Origin: Lama guanicoe
Lineage: Eukaryota
NCBI GenBank assembly: GCA_013239625.1
Contig: MU053934.1
Span: 4,048,399-4,112,398 of the forward strand
Length of the DNA stretch: 64,000 bases
Reading direction: 5' to 3'
A model generated the notes under the pieces. The model saw nothing but the letters and a program-made list of their open reading frames with translations. It did not search any database and had not been told where the DNA came from. Of the stretch, positions 13,461 to 28,039 are shown one piece after another (the stretch's first letter is position 1; each line of letters opens with the position of its first letter). The position numbers and the translations under genes are program-made.

Positions 13461-13754
13461 AAACACCTAAGAACTGATAGTTATTGAGTGCTTATGCTCA
13501 CCATGTTCTAGGTATGTGCTGTGAGCTTTTTATTTTATCCTCATTTTTAACGAGATAACATTACCTCTTTGGGATTTTAGAAAGAGCAAATGAAATATCA
13601 CTTAGAGTGGTACCTGGCACATAATATTCAATAAATGTTAGCTATTATTATCTCTTCACTTTCTCAGATGAGAAAGCTGAGGCTTAGAGAGATTGTCACG
13701 AACCCAGGATCACACAGCAATTGGCATAGCTAAGACGCAAACCCAGGTGCTCTG

Positions 13755-13968
13755 GCATGATTTTTAACTTGGCACTTACATTTTGGGCTGGATATTTTGT
13801 TGTAAAGGGTTATTGTATGTATTATAAAATGTTTAGCAGCGTTCCTGCTCTCTACCTGCTAGATGCCAGCACACCCACCCTCCCAAGTTGTAACAACAAA
13901 ATGTCTCCAGACATTGCCAAATGTCTCCCAAGGAGCATTGAGAACTGCTCCAGTTGAGAACCACTACT
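13755..13968 (-). mobile_element. MER20 (hAT-Charlie)
   Basis: Reverse complement begins agtggttctcaact and contains gacatttggcaatgtctggagacatttt; homologous to the copy at 52026. Confidence 0.85.
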
Positions 13969-14399
13969 TAGGAAGCCCTGTGCTGTGCTACCTACTTGTG
14001 GGATAACAGGATCAATATCATTCTCTTTCAGTTGTCAAGTTTTTCTGCAGATGGGGTTTGCCTTCTACAGACTCCACCTGCCAACGATACCATTGCCACT
14101 TTTCATTTTATCTATGTTTTGTTATGATAGCAGTAAAATTTATACTCAAGACTCAGACAATTTCCAACAATCAGTTATTTATTCCTTTTGTTTAGGTTTA
14201 AAAAAACCATAGATTTTTGTTTTTAAGCTATTTTTACTGTGAACCATGTATAGTAAGTTCTGTACATACATTCTCTCATCTCATTGTTACAACTCTGCAA
14301 TTTTATAGTCATTAAACCCACCTAAATGTGAAATACAATGCCCCTGCTTTCTATCTTGGTAAGACCAGGTTGGTTCTTTGATAGCTTTGTTTATTGTGT

Positions 14400-14605
14400 A
14401 GTTGACCCTTGAACAACACGGGTTTGAACTGCTTGGGTCCACTTATACCGAGATGTCTTTCGCTAAATATATACTGCAAGATCTGAGCTTGGTTGAACAC
14501 ATGGATGTGGAACCTTGGATTTTAGGGAAACTGTAAAAATAGGCTGCTTTTCAACTCCATGGAGGTTGGTTGCCCCTAACCCCTGTGTTATTCAAGGGGT
14601 TTATA
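14400..14605. mobile_element. Tigger2-like non-autonomous element
   Basis: agttgacccttgaacaacacgggtttgaactg...gggtccacttatac at left; inverted tgttattcaaggg at right. Confidence 0.75.
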
Positions 14606-14899
14606 TGTTTAGACATGAAAGGTTGAGAATATTGAGGTAATTAAATCAACGAGGTAACCTAAAGCAGTGCCTTCAAACCATGATATACAAGGGACACCTT
14701 GGAACAGAGTTTTCAGGAAAACCATTTCCAGAGCATGAACTTTCATAAAAATTCTTTTCAATATCATAGTCACTGATATGATATGACTGAGAAATTTGTC
14801 CAAAATTGCACCCTCTCTCTCTTTACAAATAAAAAGAATATTTTTCTTCTATCCAAAATCTTGCTATAGACTTTGCCATGGATGTAAAAATCTCAGAGG

Positions 14900-15840
14900 T
14901 GACAAATAGAAGGACAACTAGAAATGCTAATATTGATGTGAAAAAAATAAATTATACTCTAACCACTTAGTAACACATTCTTTTGCAAATGAGGAGAATT
15001 CCGGTTCTTAATTTTCAACGAAATGGAAGAAGGACCATGTGGAATTTTCAGCTGATAGATCCTTAAAAATAACTTCTTAAGATAGACTACTGGATTTTTG
15101 CCATATAACTTGGAAGAAGATCAAAGAATTGAGGGACGTTACCATAACAAAACTCTTTCCATTTCCACCTACTAAATTATGTGATCAAAATTTCTCAGCA
15201 CTTGCTCTAGAAAGGGAGAAAAAAATTGCTGAAATTAATATTTTTCCATGGGTACAAGATCTGCTTTTTCTTAGTCTCCTTCTATCTTATTAAAAGATGC
15301 ATTTCCAATAAAAATTTTACTTTCTATTCAATAGTTATTAAGAGTTGTAATATATTTATATTACTTTCCTTAAATGTGTTCTAATAATTGCAATGATAAC
15401 TTAATCCTGAAGAAATTTTAATATATAGAGCCTTAGGATCACAAGAAATGAGAAAAATAATTTTAATTTTTGTGCCACAATTCTGTGTGGCAGAGAAATA
15501 AAATTAAGTGATGAATAAGACATTTGATATAAACACATATAATAAAATTCTAGAAAGAAAATAAAAGTTCAAAGAGAAAAACAGGATCATATAAAATGTT
15601 CAACTCTTAAAGAGCTTATTCATGTATTTTTAAAGGAAATAGGTATCAAACTGCTAAGGTATTTAAATTCCATTGGGATGCATTTAAAAGTGATGTGACA
15701 GTTTCATTTTAAAATGTCAATATTGCAGCGTATCATAAATTACATCCTTTAAAACAATTTAAACTGACAATTTAAAAAGTTTAGGCAGCAACCTAAAATA
15801 TGTTTTCAGAATTTTCTTAGGGGGTACTATTTGAAGACCA
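14900..15840 (+). mobile_element. hAT-Charlie DNA transposon relic
   Basis: 15123-15203 translates KELRDVTITKLFPFPPTKLCDQNFSAL, like the hAT dimerization motif (LLPFxSTYLCExGFSxL); boundaries approximate. Confidence 0.6.
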
Positions 15841-18800
15841 TTAATCTAGAGAGGTGAACCCAGACCAGGCAGGTAGGGCCTGAGGGAGCTAGAGACCATG
15901 CACCATGTAAAGTGGCTGCTTCACTGACTAGCCAATTGTTGCTAGGCAGAAATTTAGGCACAGAGGTGTTAATTATTGACACTAACTGAATGTGTGTGTC
16001 AGTGACTTCTGTATCAGAGAGGCATAGAAGAATGGAATCCCACCCTGAGTGTTTTCAACTTTGCTAGTTGTGTCTTGCTTAAAAACTTTCTATAGCTCCC
16101 TATTCGTGGCCTAAAGACCCAGCTTTAGCTCCACAGTCTGACATTCAAGACTTCCAGATTCTGGCCCCAAACTCTCACCACCTCCCTGCTTTAGCAAGTC
16201 TTTTTATTCACCTGCATTTTCCCCCAACTTCTGTGATTTTTGTTTGTTTGTTTTTTGTTAATCCCCCTACATGCATGTGAATAGAAAAACTCAAGGTCCA
16301 CTTCTGCCCCATCCCCTACCTTAGAACCTTAGGAAAGTGATCTGTCCTCTGGCACTTAGAGCACTACCTGAAAACGATGTTTTTTTTTCTGTTCTTTTTA
16401 TAGATAATGGGGCAGCTGCTCAGTTTCTCCCCTCAACACAGAGCACACAAGCAAGCTGAGAAAGAAGAGTTTAGACTATACAGTCAGCTCACTAGAAGTG
16501 AAACAGAATTAAAGAGACAGAATAACTCAGATTAACAATGTTAATGCATCTTAAAGACTAAATGAGAAAGGGGGGATTATAATTAACAAGGTGTGACAAA
16601 TACTATGGTCACATACACAAATGCTTGGCTCTTATCTTTTGGAAAGCACAGGATGATACATCCACACTGCCCTCTGCCTCAGCAAATGGACTTTTCTAAT
16701 TAGGGTGGGATAAGAAAACATTGTTCAGTCACAGAAAAAATTGTTACAGTTCCCTAGCAGCCTTCCAAGTCAATGTATCCTAGTAGCTGCAGGCTCTTTG
16801 GCTTGTTGAAATATAAATGAATTTAAAGACAGTGTTAAATGTTGGGAATGGGAGTGTAAAATCTCACAAGCTAGATAAAGTCAAAAAGCTTTGCGTGGGA
16901 AAAGAGGGGGGAGGCAGCAGTAAGGTAATGATTTTACGTTCAATAAAATCAGTGATGCTCACTAGTGCTTAGTAGAGGGTGTTTAATGGAAGTGCCATTA
17001 AGATACCATGGAGTGCTGAGTTCCCTTTAAAAAGATGCCAGATAAGAACAGAGACTGTCAGTGGACACATAGCCACATGGGAGATAACTGATTCTCAGTC
17101 TGAAGAGAAAACTTAGAGATGTTTCAGGAGATTGTAAAGCACAGGAATGTAATTTTCTTTACATTCCTGGTTCCCCAAATTTCCTGTTACTCCTCACCCC
17201 TACCCACCCCAACTCCCAGCGCCACTCATGCCTACTGTTACAAAGGTTGCAGCCAATCTTAGAGTTTTCAGCAGTTTAAGACCAGATACAGCTGACATTA
17301 GTGGCTCCTCCTTCCTTACAAGCAGTAGAAAAACAACTATCACAGGCTTGGACTTACCAAAGGCTGAGTGACCAAGGCCATTACAGTGGCAGCTTTTCAA
17401 TTCCAGAGGAGCCATAAAACTGAGCCAAGCAAACATACTGAGTCACTATGGCCAAGGACCATCTGCTGTGTCACCTACTGGGGCCCAGTCTCTGAGTTCT
17501 TCTGGGGTTGGCTCAAGAGTTACAGATCAGACCTGCCAAGGCTGTTTGACTATGACTGCTGGTGCCTGGAAGGTCCTGACAGTCTCCTGAGCTGCAGCAG
17601 GACCTTGTCTTTGCTGCGGAATACAAACAATCTTTCCTTTTTCTTGAAGAACAAGTGTTTGAGATTCTTGGTTTGCTTTTGACAAGCATAAAGAGGAAAA
17701 GTCAGCCCTCACAGGCTGGAGGGGAGAGAGGAGGTATATGCCAGAATAGAGACCAAATTCCTTAGTAGCTGAGAAAGAGTTAGAGAGACGGGTTCATGTT
17801 TTTAAATAGATTCTCTGTATTCCCCAGACAGATAAAAGGGTGTTGATCAGATATGGAGCTGAGTGGAGAGTCAGAGAGGAAAGTTGCAACATCCTGCTGA
17901 GAAACAGAATGGAAAGGAGAATTGACCCGAAAGTATATAATTATGTTACAGTCAATTGTACTTTAGAAATACATAGAACTTAATAATGCGAAGAAAACCA
18001 AACTGGCACCAAAAATTAGAACATAAGGACAAAGACAGTGAAAACATTGATAGGTCAAACACCAACTGGTGTCTCTAAGATACTACATAATGAGAAGGAA
18101 AGCTCTGGTATTTACATAATTTTGATCACAAAGGCAAAATATAGTTTGTACATACTTGGAGAAAAACCAACTAGCATTAGGGTTATCGCTGATGAAGGCT
18201 ATGCCAAACAAGGACACCAAGTCCAAACACATACACACACACACACCCCTACCTATCTGATCTGGAGGTGGTTCAGATTGGTACCGAGTGGAAATCAGGT
18301 GGAGTCAAAAGAGAGACTTTTGCTTTTGTGTACATATGTAATTCTAAATACATATGTTTGACAATTTATGCAGATGCTGCAGGTCTGTTGTTTCCCCCTC
18401 AGAATGGCTTCTGCTCAGAGTAAATAAGTCAGTATAAGCAGATGCACGTGGCTCTACCTCCTCCACCTATGGGAATCACTACAACGATCAGCTCTCAGAT
18501 TGGGAAGTGAGGGAGCTGACTCCCCTGGCGTACTTGTGAATTGAACTGGGACTGTGGTGTTCAGCACAGGCTTTTTGCTCTCTGCCAAGAAGGGGTGAAA
18601 CTACTTGGGGAAGGGAGTGGAGGAGATTGGCAACGCAGCCATTTAAGAGCTACCCAGGGTAGAGAGTGCCTGTCAAAACAAGGTGAATGTCCAAGATGCC
18701 TGGCAGGCCTTTGTATCTGCCCCAGACCATGTCAGGTTAACCCCAGACAAGGCAGCTCCCTCAGTGGGTACTTTTATAGCTGCCTATACTTTTGCTTTGT

Positions 18801-19739
18801 AGCACTTAACCATGTTTGTGGTTATTTGGGTGATTTTTCCTGCAACTCCACATCTCAGGGACTGTGTTGATTAATCATTACTATATCTGTTGTACTTAGC
18901 ACCTAACTGGCATCTCAATATTGGTTGAATGCAAGGCAATATGCTTTATTACTCCAGGATATATATGTATATGTAGTATAAAAATAAAGAAATGCATAAA
19001 ATGTTTGACAACAAATTCAGGAAAATGAATGATTCTATGGGGGAGGAAAGACAGTCAACCCTAGAGGTATTCAGGGGACATCAGTTGTATTGGTAATATT
19101 TTATTTCACAAGCATTGATTGTATTATCTTTATACCTTTTTGTCTTAAATACTTCATAATACATTTAAAATATACATATGAATGAATGAAGATGAATGTA
19201 ATGGGCCATCAAAGCCCATTAATAATTCAAGTTTTAAATTCAGGCAGCCTTATTCTGATTCCATGTTCATAAAGCATCTTTAGCTTCACATGAACTTGCT
19301 CACTGAGGCAATGGGTTGGTTGTTCAGGTCAATCTTTACATCTGGTCTGCTTGACATTGTATTCTGTTCTTCAATGTCACTGGCATCCTGGTATACTCCC
19401 CTTGGCAGCTTGTGTGCTTAGACTGAGGCATCTCTTTAGAAATTAACCAGTACTGGGGCACTATGCATATTAAAAATGAACGCTGAAGGCTAGACCCTGA
19501 GGCATGGAACGTTTGCCACCACATGAATTCTCCTGGGGAAAAATCCAACTAGTTCTTCCAGGTTGAAACCCCTTTCTCTGGGTCTGCCTTCAAACTTACA
19601 TAGTCTTAAAAATGTTATTTAAATATTTAAATTCTGTGTTGCTATGTAACTTTCCAAAAATCTGGGTCTGATGTCCCTAACCATACTGTAAGCTCTTGAA
19701 GATAAACTCTCCCCACCCCAAAGGGCCTAACACAGTACC

Positions 19740-21010
19740 CTGGAGAAGACTGTTACAGTGATGACCTCCAAGAAACCATACCTCCTGGTATTCAAACCTC
19801 TGTGTAGTCCCCTCCCACAGTGACCCTGGGCTTGTGTGACTTGCTTTGGCCAATAAGACATTAACAAGCATGAGGCAAGTAGAGGCTTGATAAACACTTG
19901 CTTCTCTTTGAACCCAGCTGCCACGTAAAGAAGCTCAGGCTATACTACTGAATGATGACAGAGAGAAGTCTCACTTTTTCAACCATCCCCGCCAAGACTC
20001 CACATATATTGGTGAGGCCATTTTAGACCCTCCAGCCAACTCATGGACTGAATGCAGCCATATGAATGAGCCATTTCCTTGCTCCTAAAAAACTGTCTTG
20101 TATTTTTCTAGATGTTGTCCTGATAGGAATGTGAAGGTAGAACTGCTACAGTCACCTTTTTAGAGACAACATCAGCATGGTGGTGATGGGAAAGTGGAGA
20201 GAAAGAAAGAGAGCCCTTGATGACATTACAGAGTCGCTGAATTAACTAGCTGTGGAGTTGGTCACCTTCTGGCCTTTTTATCACATGAGGTGGCGTATTT
20301 CCTCATTCTTTAGGTTACTTTGGGTTGGGTTTTCTGTTACTTGCAGCTGAAGGCACGTTCTAATTGATATACTCCTCAGCCAGCTTTACTGGTACAAGAA
20401 CAAAACTCCTGAAATGCCCTGCATAGTATCTAACAGACACTCAAGTAATTTGTCATTGCTGAGAAAGTAAAAGAAGACTGTGTGGTAGAGATTGCTAGTT
20501 GCTTACCTAACAGCCATTCTCCCCTTCCTCCTTAATTACAGAACTCTGAATTTTAGCTGGGCATACTGCTGTCTAGAACAAAAGACAGTATTTCCCTACC
20601 TTCTTTGTAAAGAGATATGGCTATATCACTGAGTTCAGGCCAATGAGACATAAGCAGAATTGCTGTGAGAGGGCTGCTTCATAGAAGCTGACTCAGCTGA
20701 AAAGAACCTTTTTTTTTTTTGCCCCACAGCCTTTCCTCTTTCTTCCCCCCAACTTGATTTCTCTGACTAGAGGTCCAGGCACCATCTTAGGCCATGAAGT
20801 GACCTCGAGAATGGAAGCCAAGAGCTAGGATGGTCAAGCAGAAAGACAGAGGCCTGGAGTCCCGATGACAAAGCAGAGCCACTGTATAGCAGCTCTGGAC
20901 TGCCTGGCTTCAGATTTTTTGTCTATGAGAGAAAGATAAACCTCAATTTTGTTCAAGAAACTACTTCTTTAGGTTTTCCTCTTATATTCAGCTAAGTAAA
21001 ATCCCTACTA
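19740..21010 (+). mobile_element. Cluster of MLT1 (ERVL-MaLR) LTR fragments
   Basis: tgtgacttgctttggccaat, aggccattttagaccctccagcc, ttctgttacttgcagctgaa, agccactgtatagcagctctggactgcct motifs. Confidence 0.7.
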
Positions 21011-21924
21011 GTAGTCTCCTCAACAACTTTCCTTTTAAAATACTGAAGACTGGTATAGAAGAATATATGAATCCACCTGAATATTAAGCAAGCCCTTCCT
21101 GGCTTCCTTTCTTCCAGTGCCTTGAAGCAGTATTTGGGTGTCGCCTTGTTAGTGCCTTGGATGGAATTCTAAATTGCAAGTAATAGAATCTGGCTTCTGA
21201 AGCAAAGAGAAATTTATCAGAAGGATATTTGGAGTCACTGAGTTGGCAGGAGGCTGGAGAATCACCCTAGGAATGGACAGAAGTCTGAGCAACTCTGCAG
21301 TTTAGGAATCAGAAACATGCAGTCTAGCAGCAGGAACAGCCACAGGTCAATGCCACTGCTGCTGATCCTGCTGTCACTGCATGCATAAGTAGCCTCTAAC
21401 CTGTGCTCTCATCTTTGTGACTGTTGATTGGTAGCCAACGTCTCAGGGTAGATGACATGAACTGGGGAGAGGTGACTCTTTAAAGGAAAACCAGGGTGTT
21501 TATTATGATGAAGATATGGAAACTGTGCAACCAACAAATGATAAACATTTACCATATCCAACAAGCCTGAGTCAGGTGAAGGAGACTTGACCCGCTGCAA
21601 CTTGGTGTCTAAGGTCCCAATCTCTTTCCTCTCCATGAAAGACAGTCCTTCTCTGAGTCTAGTCTATTTCCTATTTTTGACTCGACCACCCTATTCTGAT
21701 CTCCTGACTTTCTGTCCTGGTTTTTCCTTTGTTTTTTTAAGGAATAGTTGAACAGGAAAGTTTGAAAGGGATGGAAGGGATTATCTATTTCAATCTCATC
21801 ATTTTCTAAATAGATACTAAGTTTCCCCAGATCTTGACTTGCATGTTTCTGATTGTAGCAGGTACTGAATTTAGATTGTATCTTGTGCAATCTTGTGTTT
21901 GACTCCTTGACTGAACTTGGTTCT

Positions 21925-22329
21925 TATTAACTGTTATTTGTGTTCCCCCTAAAATTTATATGTTGAAGTCCTAACCCCCAATTCCTCAGAATGTGACCTT
22001 ATTTAGAAGTAGGGCCATTGTAGAGATAATTAGTTAAGCTGAGGTCTTAACTGGAGTAGGGTGGGCCTCTAATCCAATATGACTGATATCCTTATAAAAA
22101 GGGGGAATTTAGACACAAAGACATGCACACAAGGAGAAAGCCATGTGAAGATTAAGGCAGAGATCAGGGTGACTCTGATCAGTCAAGGAACACTAAAGAT
22201 TACCAGGAAACCACTTCCTCACAGCCCTCAGAAGGAACCAACCTTGATCTTGGACTTACAGCCTCCAGAACTGTTGTTTAAGCCACCCAGTTTGTGGTAC
22301 TTTCTTAGGGCAGCCCTGGCAAACTAATA
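21925..22329 (+). mobile_element. MLT1B/C-like solo LTR
   Basis: tatgttgaagtcctaacccc..agaatgtgaccttattt...tttaagccacccagtttgtggtacttt...gcagccctggcaaactaata. Confidence 0.85.
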
Positions 22330-24219
22330 GACTAATATTCCCAGGTAAAATCGCTGATCTTTGATACTTCTTCATTTGTGGTCATAATACAAACATAATC
22401 TCCTCTCATAGGTTAGAGAACTTTGTCAACAGTCACCTATGACTGCCTTCTCTTCCTCTTTTTATATTCAATCTTACACCAAATCTGAACTATTTTACTA
22501 AAATGTCTATCCATTTCATTGCTACCACCCCAGACCCATTCTTTATCATCTCACAATTGATTTACTATAACTGTTTCCTAAATTATCTCCTGGATGACCG
22601 TGTTATTTCTTTTATCCACTGTATATGTCTTTATAAGAGTTATCCTCCAGCTCCCCATGCCAACAACCTCCAGTCAGAGCAAACTGAAGCCTTTCCTTTT
22701 TCTCCCTCTTTAAAGCTTTCCCATTCCTCTGCCTGCCTTTCAGTCTCTGCCAAAAGCAAATAAAGGTCACTGACTCTTGCTGTAGCAAACTTTAAATAAA
22801 TAGCCTCTGTTTTCATTCGGTGGTTTTTGTATATTTCCACAGAATCAATACTGTATGGAGGAAAAAGGAATGTTTTTTCTGGTGTGTTTTCTAACTTGGT
22901 AGGTGTAAGCCTAAGGCTGCAAACAGCATCTTGGCTACGTACTATGTGGGAAAAGCCTGTCAAAGAACAACAGCAGCATGGAAATGAGCAGAGCAGGAGA
23001 TGAAGGCAGGGAGAAAAGTCCTGATGATGCTGTTGAAGATCCTGTCCCCAGCCAAGTGGCTAAAGTCATCTCTACTTCTGGACTTTTCAGTCTCTTGAGT
23101 CAGTGAGTTCATGTCTTGCATTTGCTAGTTTGAGTTTCTATGGCTTGCAACCAAGAGGCCTGACCAATAACATCTTTTTTTTTTTTTTTTGAGCCTCTCT
23201 CTCCCCCTCAGAATAAGGAGCTAGAGCTATTTCTACAGTCAGGTAGAGGAGCAGGACTGGAAAGGCCTGATGCTTTGGTCACCCTGACAAACCCTGGCCT
23301 AGAAAAGTTCAATGGGCATGGCACAGTCTGCTATGCTGTCCCAAAGTTGAGCCACAAGGTTGCCACTTTTTAGTTCAAGTTCGCATGCTCAGCTATTGTT
23401 TTCCATAGCAGGGCATATCAAAGTGTGTAGATCCAGAGAGGTTTCTAGCCTTAACCACGTGCCACATTGAAACCAGCCTTCCCCACAGAACTGTAGGCCC
23501 TTGTGTTGAGCCCTCGTTTCCAACTCTACTGCTCACTAATAGGTAAATTCTCCTTGTCAGGGAGGTACCCAACTTAACCTAGAAAATTTTTCAGAATCAC
23601 AAATCTTGGGAGTTTTATTTCCTTTCCAACCAAAATGTTCTGGGTTCCTATACAAATTAGTCCATGTCCACTCTAGAGCTTGAATCTCTAGGAGAAGCTC
23701 AGTTTTTATCAAGTAGCAAAACCTTCCCTTATCCAGGAAAAAGTATGCATTTATATTTGCATACTAAAAAAAAAACTATTGAAGTGATTCTATAGAATAC
23801 AGAAAATCTGCTCCACAATGACTTTAACTTCTGTTTATTCAGAGAAGAAGCTTCTGAGCTTTAAAAATAATAAAATTGAAAAGCTCTCATTTCCCAGTAC
23901 CCCACACTGTGAATAACTTCTGCTTATTAGCTTTGTCTCTTTGTTTCCAAATCCCAGCTTCTGTGCTTTTGCACAGGCTGTCCCATAGCTTAACCTTTCC
24001 TCTTCCTTTTTTGGAACCATACTCTCCAAATTAATTATAATCATTTGCTCTATCATTCTTTCACAAGTCTTTTACCTTAACTAGTGTACACATTCTTTGA
24101 GGGCAAGAACCATACCTTCTTTGAATAATCTTTAGCACTTGACATTCAATATACAATTGGTGAATAAAGGACTTAATTGATAATCAAATACATTTTGTAA
24201 CAAATGGTACTTTCAATAC

Positions 24220-24946
24220 TTTAATTTTCATACAAGTTGATACAACATAAGAGATTAAATCTTTTTCAGGTCTATAAAGATGGCCATTTTAAATATTATT
24301 AGTGTTTTAATTTTAAAATATTTTTATCATACATATATTTTGAAAACTAGATTTTATTTTTGTTTAACAATTAAAAAATATTCTTTTATGCATTTCTAAA
24401 ATTAGTATCCAGAAATTTTACATTTAAATTAACTTTAATAATTAAAAAAATATTTTGAATTCTGTATCCAAAACTTAAGATATAAAAGTCATGCTATCTT
24501 GGCCACCCAAAATTGTAAAGTTCCTAATTACCTTCCTTTTTATCTTTCCAATAAAATATGTAGGTATCAGAAGTACATTTTTAAAAGTAAAGTCAACTTG
24601 TCAATAAGTCAAATGATTTAAAATTTAGCTTAATTTAATGTTTCTTTTCTGTTGCTATAAATGTGAATATACAGTTTGATAGTATAAATAAAAAAGCTTT
24701 TTTAATGTGTCCTGTAAACATTCTTTCCTTAAATGTCTCTCTCCTTTGGAAGTGTATTCAATTCTGTAAGTTTAGGAGAATGAAACATTTCTGAGCTCAC
24801 AGACTTTTCATCTGCTTATTGGTTCACTTTGGAATGCTAAAGTGAGGTGCCCCTTCCCTAACCAGTTTTCAAAAGGTTTATTCATATATATATATATATA
24901 CACACACATATATACACACACACACATATATGTGTATATATATATA

Positions 24947-24979
<33 letters not shown>

Positions 24980-25182
24980 GCACTCCTGAATTGACATACA
25001 ATATGCAGTTATAAATCAGAGACTTTTAAGATAAATGTAAGATTTAAATCTCGTTTGCTAACTTTCTTTTAATAACATGTAAAAAAAAAACACTCTTACT
25101 TCAAGATCTGAAATTTGAGACTGCATTTCCATTTCTTCAGCTCCTAACAAGCACTAAGAAGCAATTTGCATCAATTCGACAC
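24220..25182 (-). other. DMC1: DMC1 3'UTR; 3' end uncertain (candidate signals AATAAA 24882-24877 and ATTAAA 24225-24220)
   Basis: AT-rich sequence after the stop codon; poly(A) hexamers read directly, usage unknown. Confidence 0.5.
24883..24980. repeat. Compound (TA)n/(CA)n/(TG)n quasi-palindromic microsatellite
   Basis: Read directly. Confidence 0.95.
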
Positions 25183-25252
25183 CTACTCCTTGGCATCCCC
25201 AATTCCTCCAGCAGTTATTGCGAAGGTGGCTTCATTTTCAGGCATCTCAGGG
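25183..25252 (-). CDS. DMC1: DMC1 exon 14, last coding exon (PEMPENEATFAITAGGIGDAKE*)
   Basis: Manual translation; TAG acceptor; stop TAG 25185-25183. Confidence 0.97.
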
Positions 25253-26873
25253 CTAACAGAATACAAGGGAACAGAAGTTTATAAAAGGCTCTATTTCTAT
25301 AAATACTGTATTCATGTCACAGGCATCATATTCCTATTTGTCTGAGTCTCCAGAGACATGTGAGTTGGTACAGCTAAATGTGGACTACAGAATATTCTTC
25401 ACAAACATTTATTGAACAACTTCTATATGTAAAGTTCTGAATGCAATGAAAAATCACCCCTAACTTGGAAATAGGCAAAAGGGATAACTGGGTGCTTCTT
25501 CGGTGTACTGTCAGGCATCATGTAGCAGATCCTCAGAGGCAGAACCCTAGTATTCTCTTAGGACTGTAAAAACTACAGAAGTTATTTGTTCCTACAGGTT
25601 TGGAGGACTTGACGAAATAAACAAATGATTGACTATATAGATGAAGTTCATTCATTTGTTAATTCAACAAATAGTTATTGGGCTTTTACTACGTGCCAAG
25701 TACCATGCTAGGTATTGGGGACATTAGTGAACCAGACTCAGTTCCTGTAGTGAGGCAAGTACATGTAATCAATTGATTACAACTCAGAGTAAGAAGCATT
25801 CAGAGAAATTCTAAGCACAGCAATCTGTCCAAGATAGAGACCAAGAAATTTTAGTAAAAAGATAGAACAATCCTCCTAGCTATTTATTCAACAAAGAACA
25901 TTTGTAACAAATTTCTAAAGATTGCTGAAGCTCCACAAAACATAGCATTTGCATATGTATTATAGTCTTCTACAGAGACTGATGATGAAAAGCTAAATGG
26001 TTTGAATAAAAACCAGATAGAGGGGGGAAATGATTATTTAATATTTATTCAATGACAATACATTATCGGTACTGTGATTTATATCCAAAACCAGATTAAA
26101 AGCTCATCTGATTTCTTTCTGGCTGATTTTTCCCTCTCTAGGGTAAAGAGTTATTGCACATCTTTGCCTTGTTGTCCAGAATTGGCTAATCAGTCAGTCA
26201 CAAATACTGTGCATCGATTATATCCCAGGCACTAAGAATATAGTGATGAGCAAGAAAATAGTGTCCCTATCCTCAGGGTATTTCCTGTCTAGTGAGGATG
26301 ACATATGTTACATAAACCATTACCAAAGGAATGTAAGCTCCATGAGGGCAGGGACTTGTCTTTTTGTTTTGTTCACTGTTCTATCCCCAGAATCTAGAAC
26401 AGCTGATACGTAATTCTCTGTAAAACATATTAAGCTTATAACTATTAATAAATAAGTAAGGTACTGTGAAAGAATATAAGGTATAATATAGAGTTTTAGC
26501 CTAGACTGTAAAGGTCAGGGAAAGATTCCTTGGAAAAGTGATGTTTAAACTGAAATCTAAAGAGAAGACTAGCAGGAAGAAAGAACATTCTTATCACATG
26601 CTGTACTTTTCCTTCACTTACCTCACTTCAAATGGAATCGATTATTTCATTATCTAGCTTTACTATAAGCTTTGGAAGGTCAGGGACCAAGTCTATTTGT
26701 CAATAAAAAGCCCTGAATCCCTAGAACCTAATACTTAGTAGGGATTCCCAATGAATTGAATACTTTTTGAGAAAGAAATTCTGCCAGTGGAATAATTACA
26801 GCCTCTCAGGAGAGGCAATCCTATCTAATACCAATATGTATAAGAATCTGATTAAGAATAAGAAAATATTTAC

Positions 26874-26990
26874 CTGTCATAAATCTTGGCAATTCTCAGT
26901 TCTCCTCTTCCCTTTCGCAAGCTTATTCTTGTTGTTGAAGCATGAGCCAGAATGTGTCCCCCGATGGGTTTTTTAGGGTCTGCTTGAAAA
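26874..26990 (-). CDS. DMC1: DMC1 exon 13 ([39 protein letters not shown])
   Basis: Manual translation; CAG and GTAA boundaries; 117 nt. Confidence 0.97.
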
Positions 26991-27717
26991 CTGAATTAAA
27001 AAAACACCTTTTCAGGTTTCATCATGTGGACTCTACACAGTAATACCTGCAATTACAGGGCAACTTTTCTGTGGAGGATTGCAGGGGATAGGGTGTGTGT
27101 GCTCTAAACAAGTAGTGGCTTGTTTATAAACCAGGGAATGGGGTAGGGTTTGGAGCTGCTATGTACCTCATTGCCATCCAATTCAGGCTTTTGAGATTCC
27201 TATCATAAATAGTTCATGTTTTGTTTAATTTTTAAAAATAAAAAACACAAATAAAACATTACTCTGTCTTAGGATAACTCTTGCAGTTAAGCAACTTTTC
27301 TCTACGAAATACAAAGACTGAATTTACTTATTCATTCATTTATCGGTAGAATTTATTAGTGGCGTATTGTATGCCAAGCACTGTTCTAGTCTAACGAAAA
27401 AGAAATACCCAAAGCTCCCTCATGATATTATGATGTAAATAAGAGCAGACTAAGAATCTCCTTCTTATTCATTAACTGTACGTGGGAAGTTTTCAATGTA
27501 CTGGTTATGAATCTGCAGTGAGAATAATCTCAGAAATCTCTTTATCACTGATGTCTAAAGTTTATTCTTCTAAAATAGGATACAGAAAAGATAAGCTCTT
27601 ACTATGATCATATGGATTCAAAAAATATAATTGCAAGGTAGTTACAAATATTGACACTCTTGAGAGATATACTCACTAGGGGACTAATATTCACTTGGCA
27701 GGAAGTGAGAGGTTCTT

Positions 27718-27885
27718 TTTTATTATTTTTTAAATTTCTTTTATATATTTTTACTTATTTATTTTTACTGGTGGGGGGAGATAATTAGGTTTACTTATTT
27801 TTTTATTTTTAGAGGTACTGGGAATTGAACCCAGGACCTTCTGTATGCTAAATATGTGCTCTACCACTTGAGCTATAACCTCCCC
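27718..27885 (-). mobile_element. Vic-1-like tRNA-derived SINE with TSD AGGTTCTT
   Basis: Reverse-complement A/B boxes; aggttctt at 27710-27717 and 27892-27899. Confidence 0.85.
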
Positions 27886-27934
27886 AACAAAAGGTTCTTA
27901 ATAACCCTAACAGTTAGCCCTTCAAAAAAGCCTA

Positions 27935-28036
27935 GGTGCAAAAATCCTTCACAAAATACTAGCAAACCGAATGCAGCAGCATATTAAAAGGATTGTACAC
28001 CACGATCAAGCAGGATTTATTCTAGGAATGCAAGAA
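27935..28036 (+). mobile_element. L1 ORF2 (RT region) fragment
   Basis: Translates [31 protein letters not shown]. Confidence 0.85.
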
Positions 28037-28039
28037 ATG

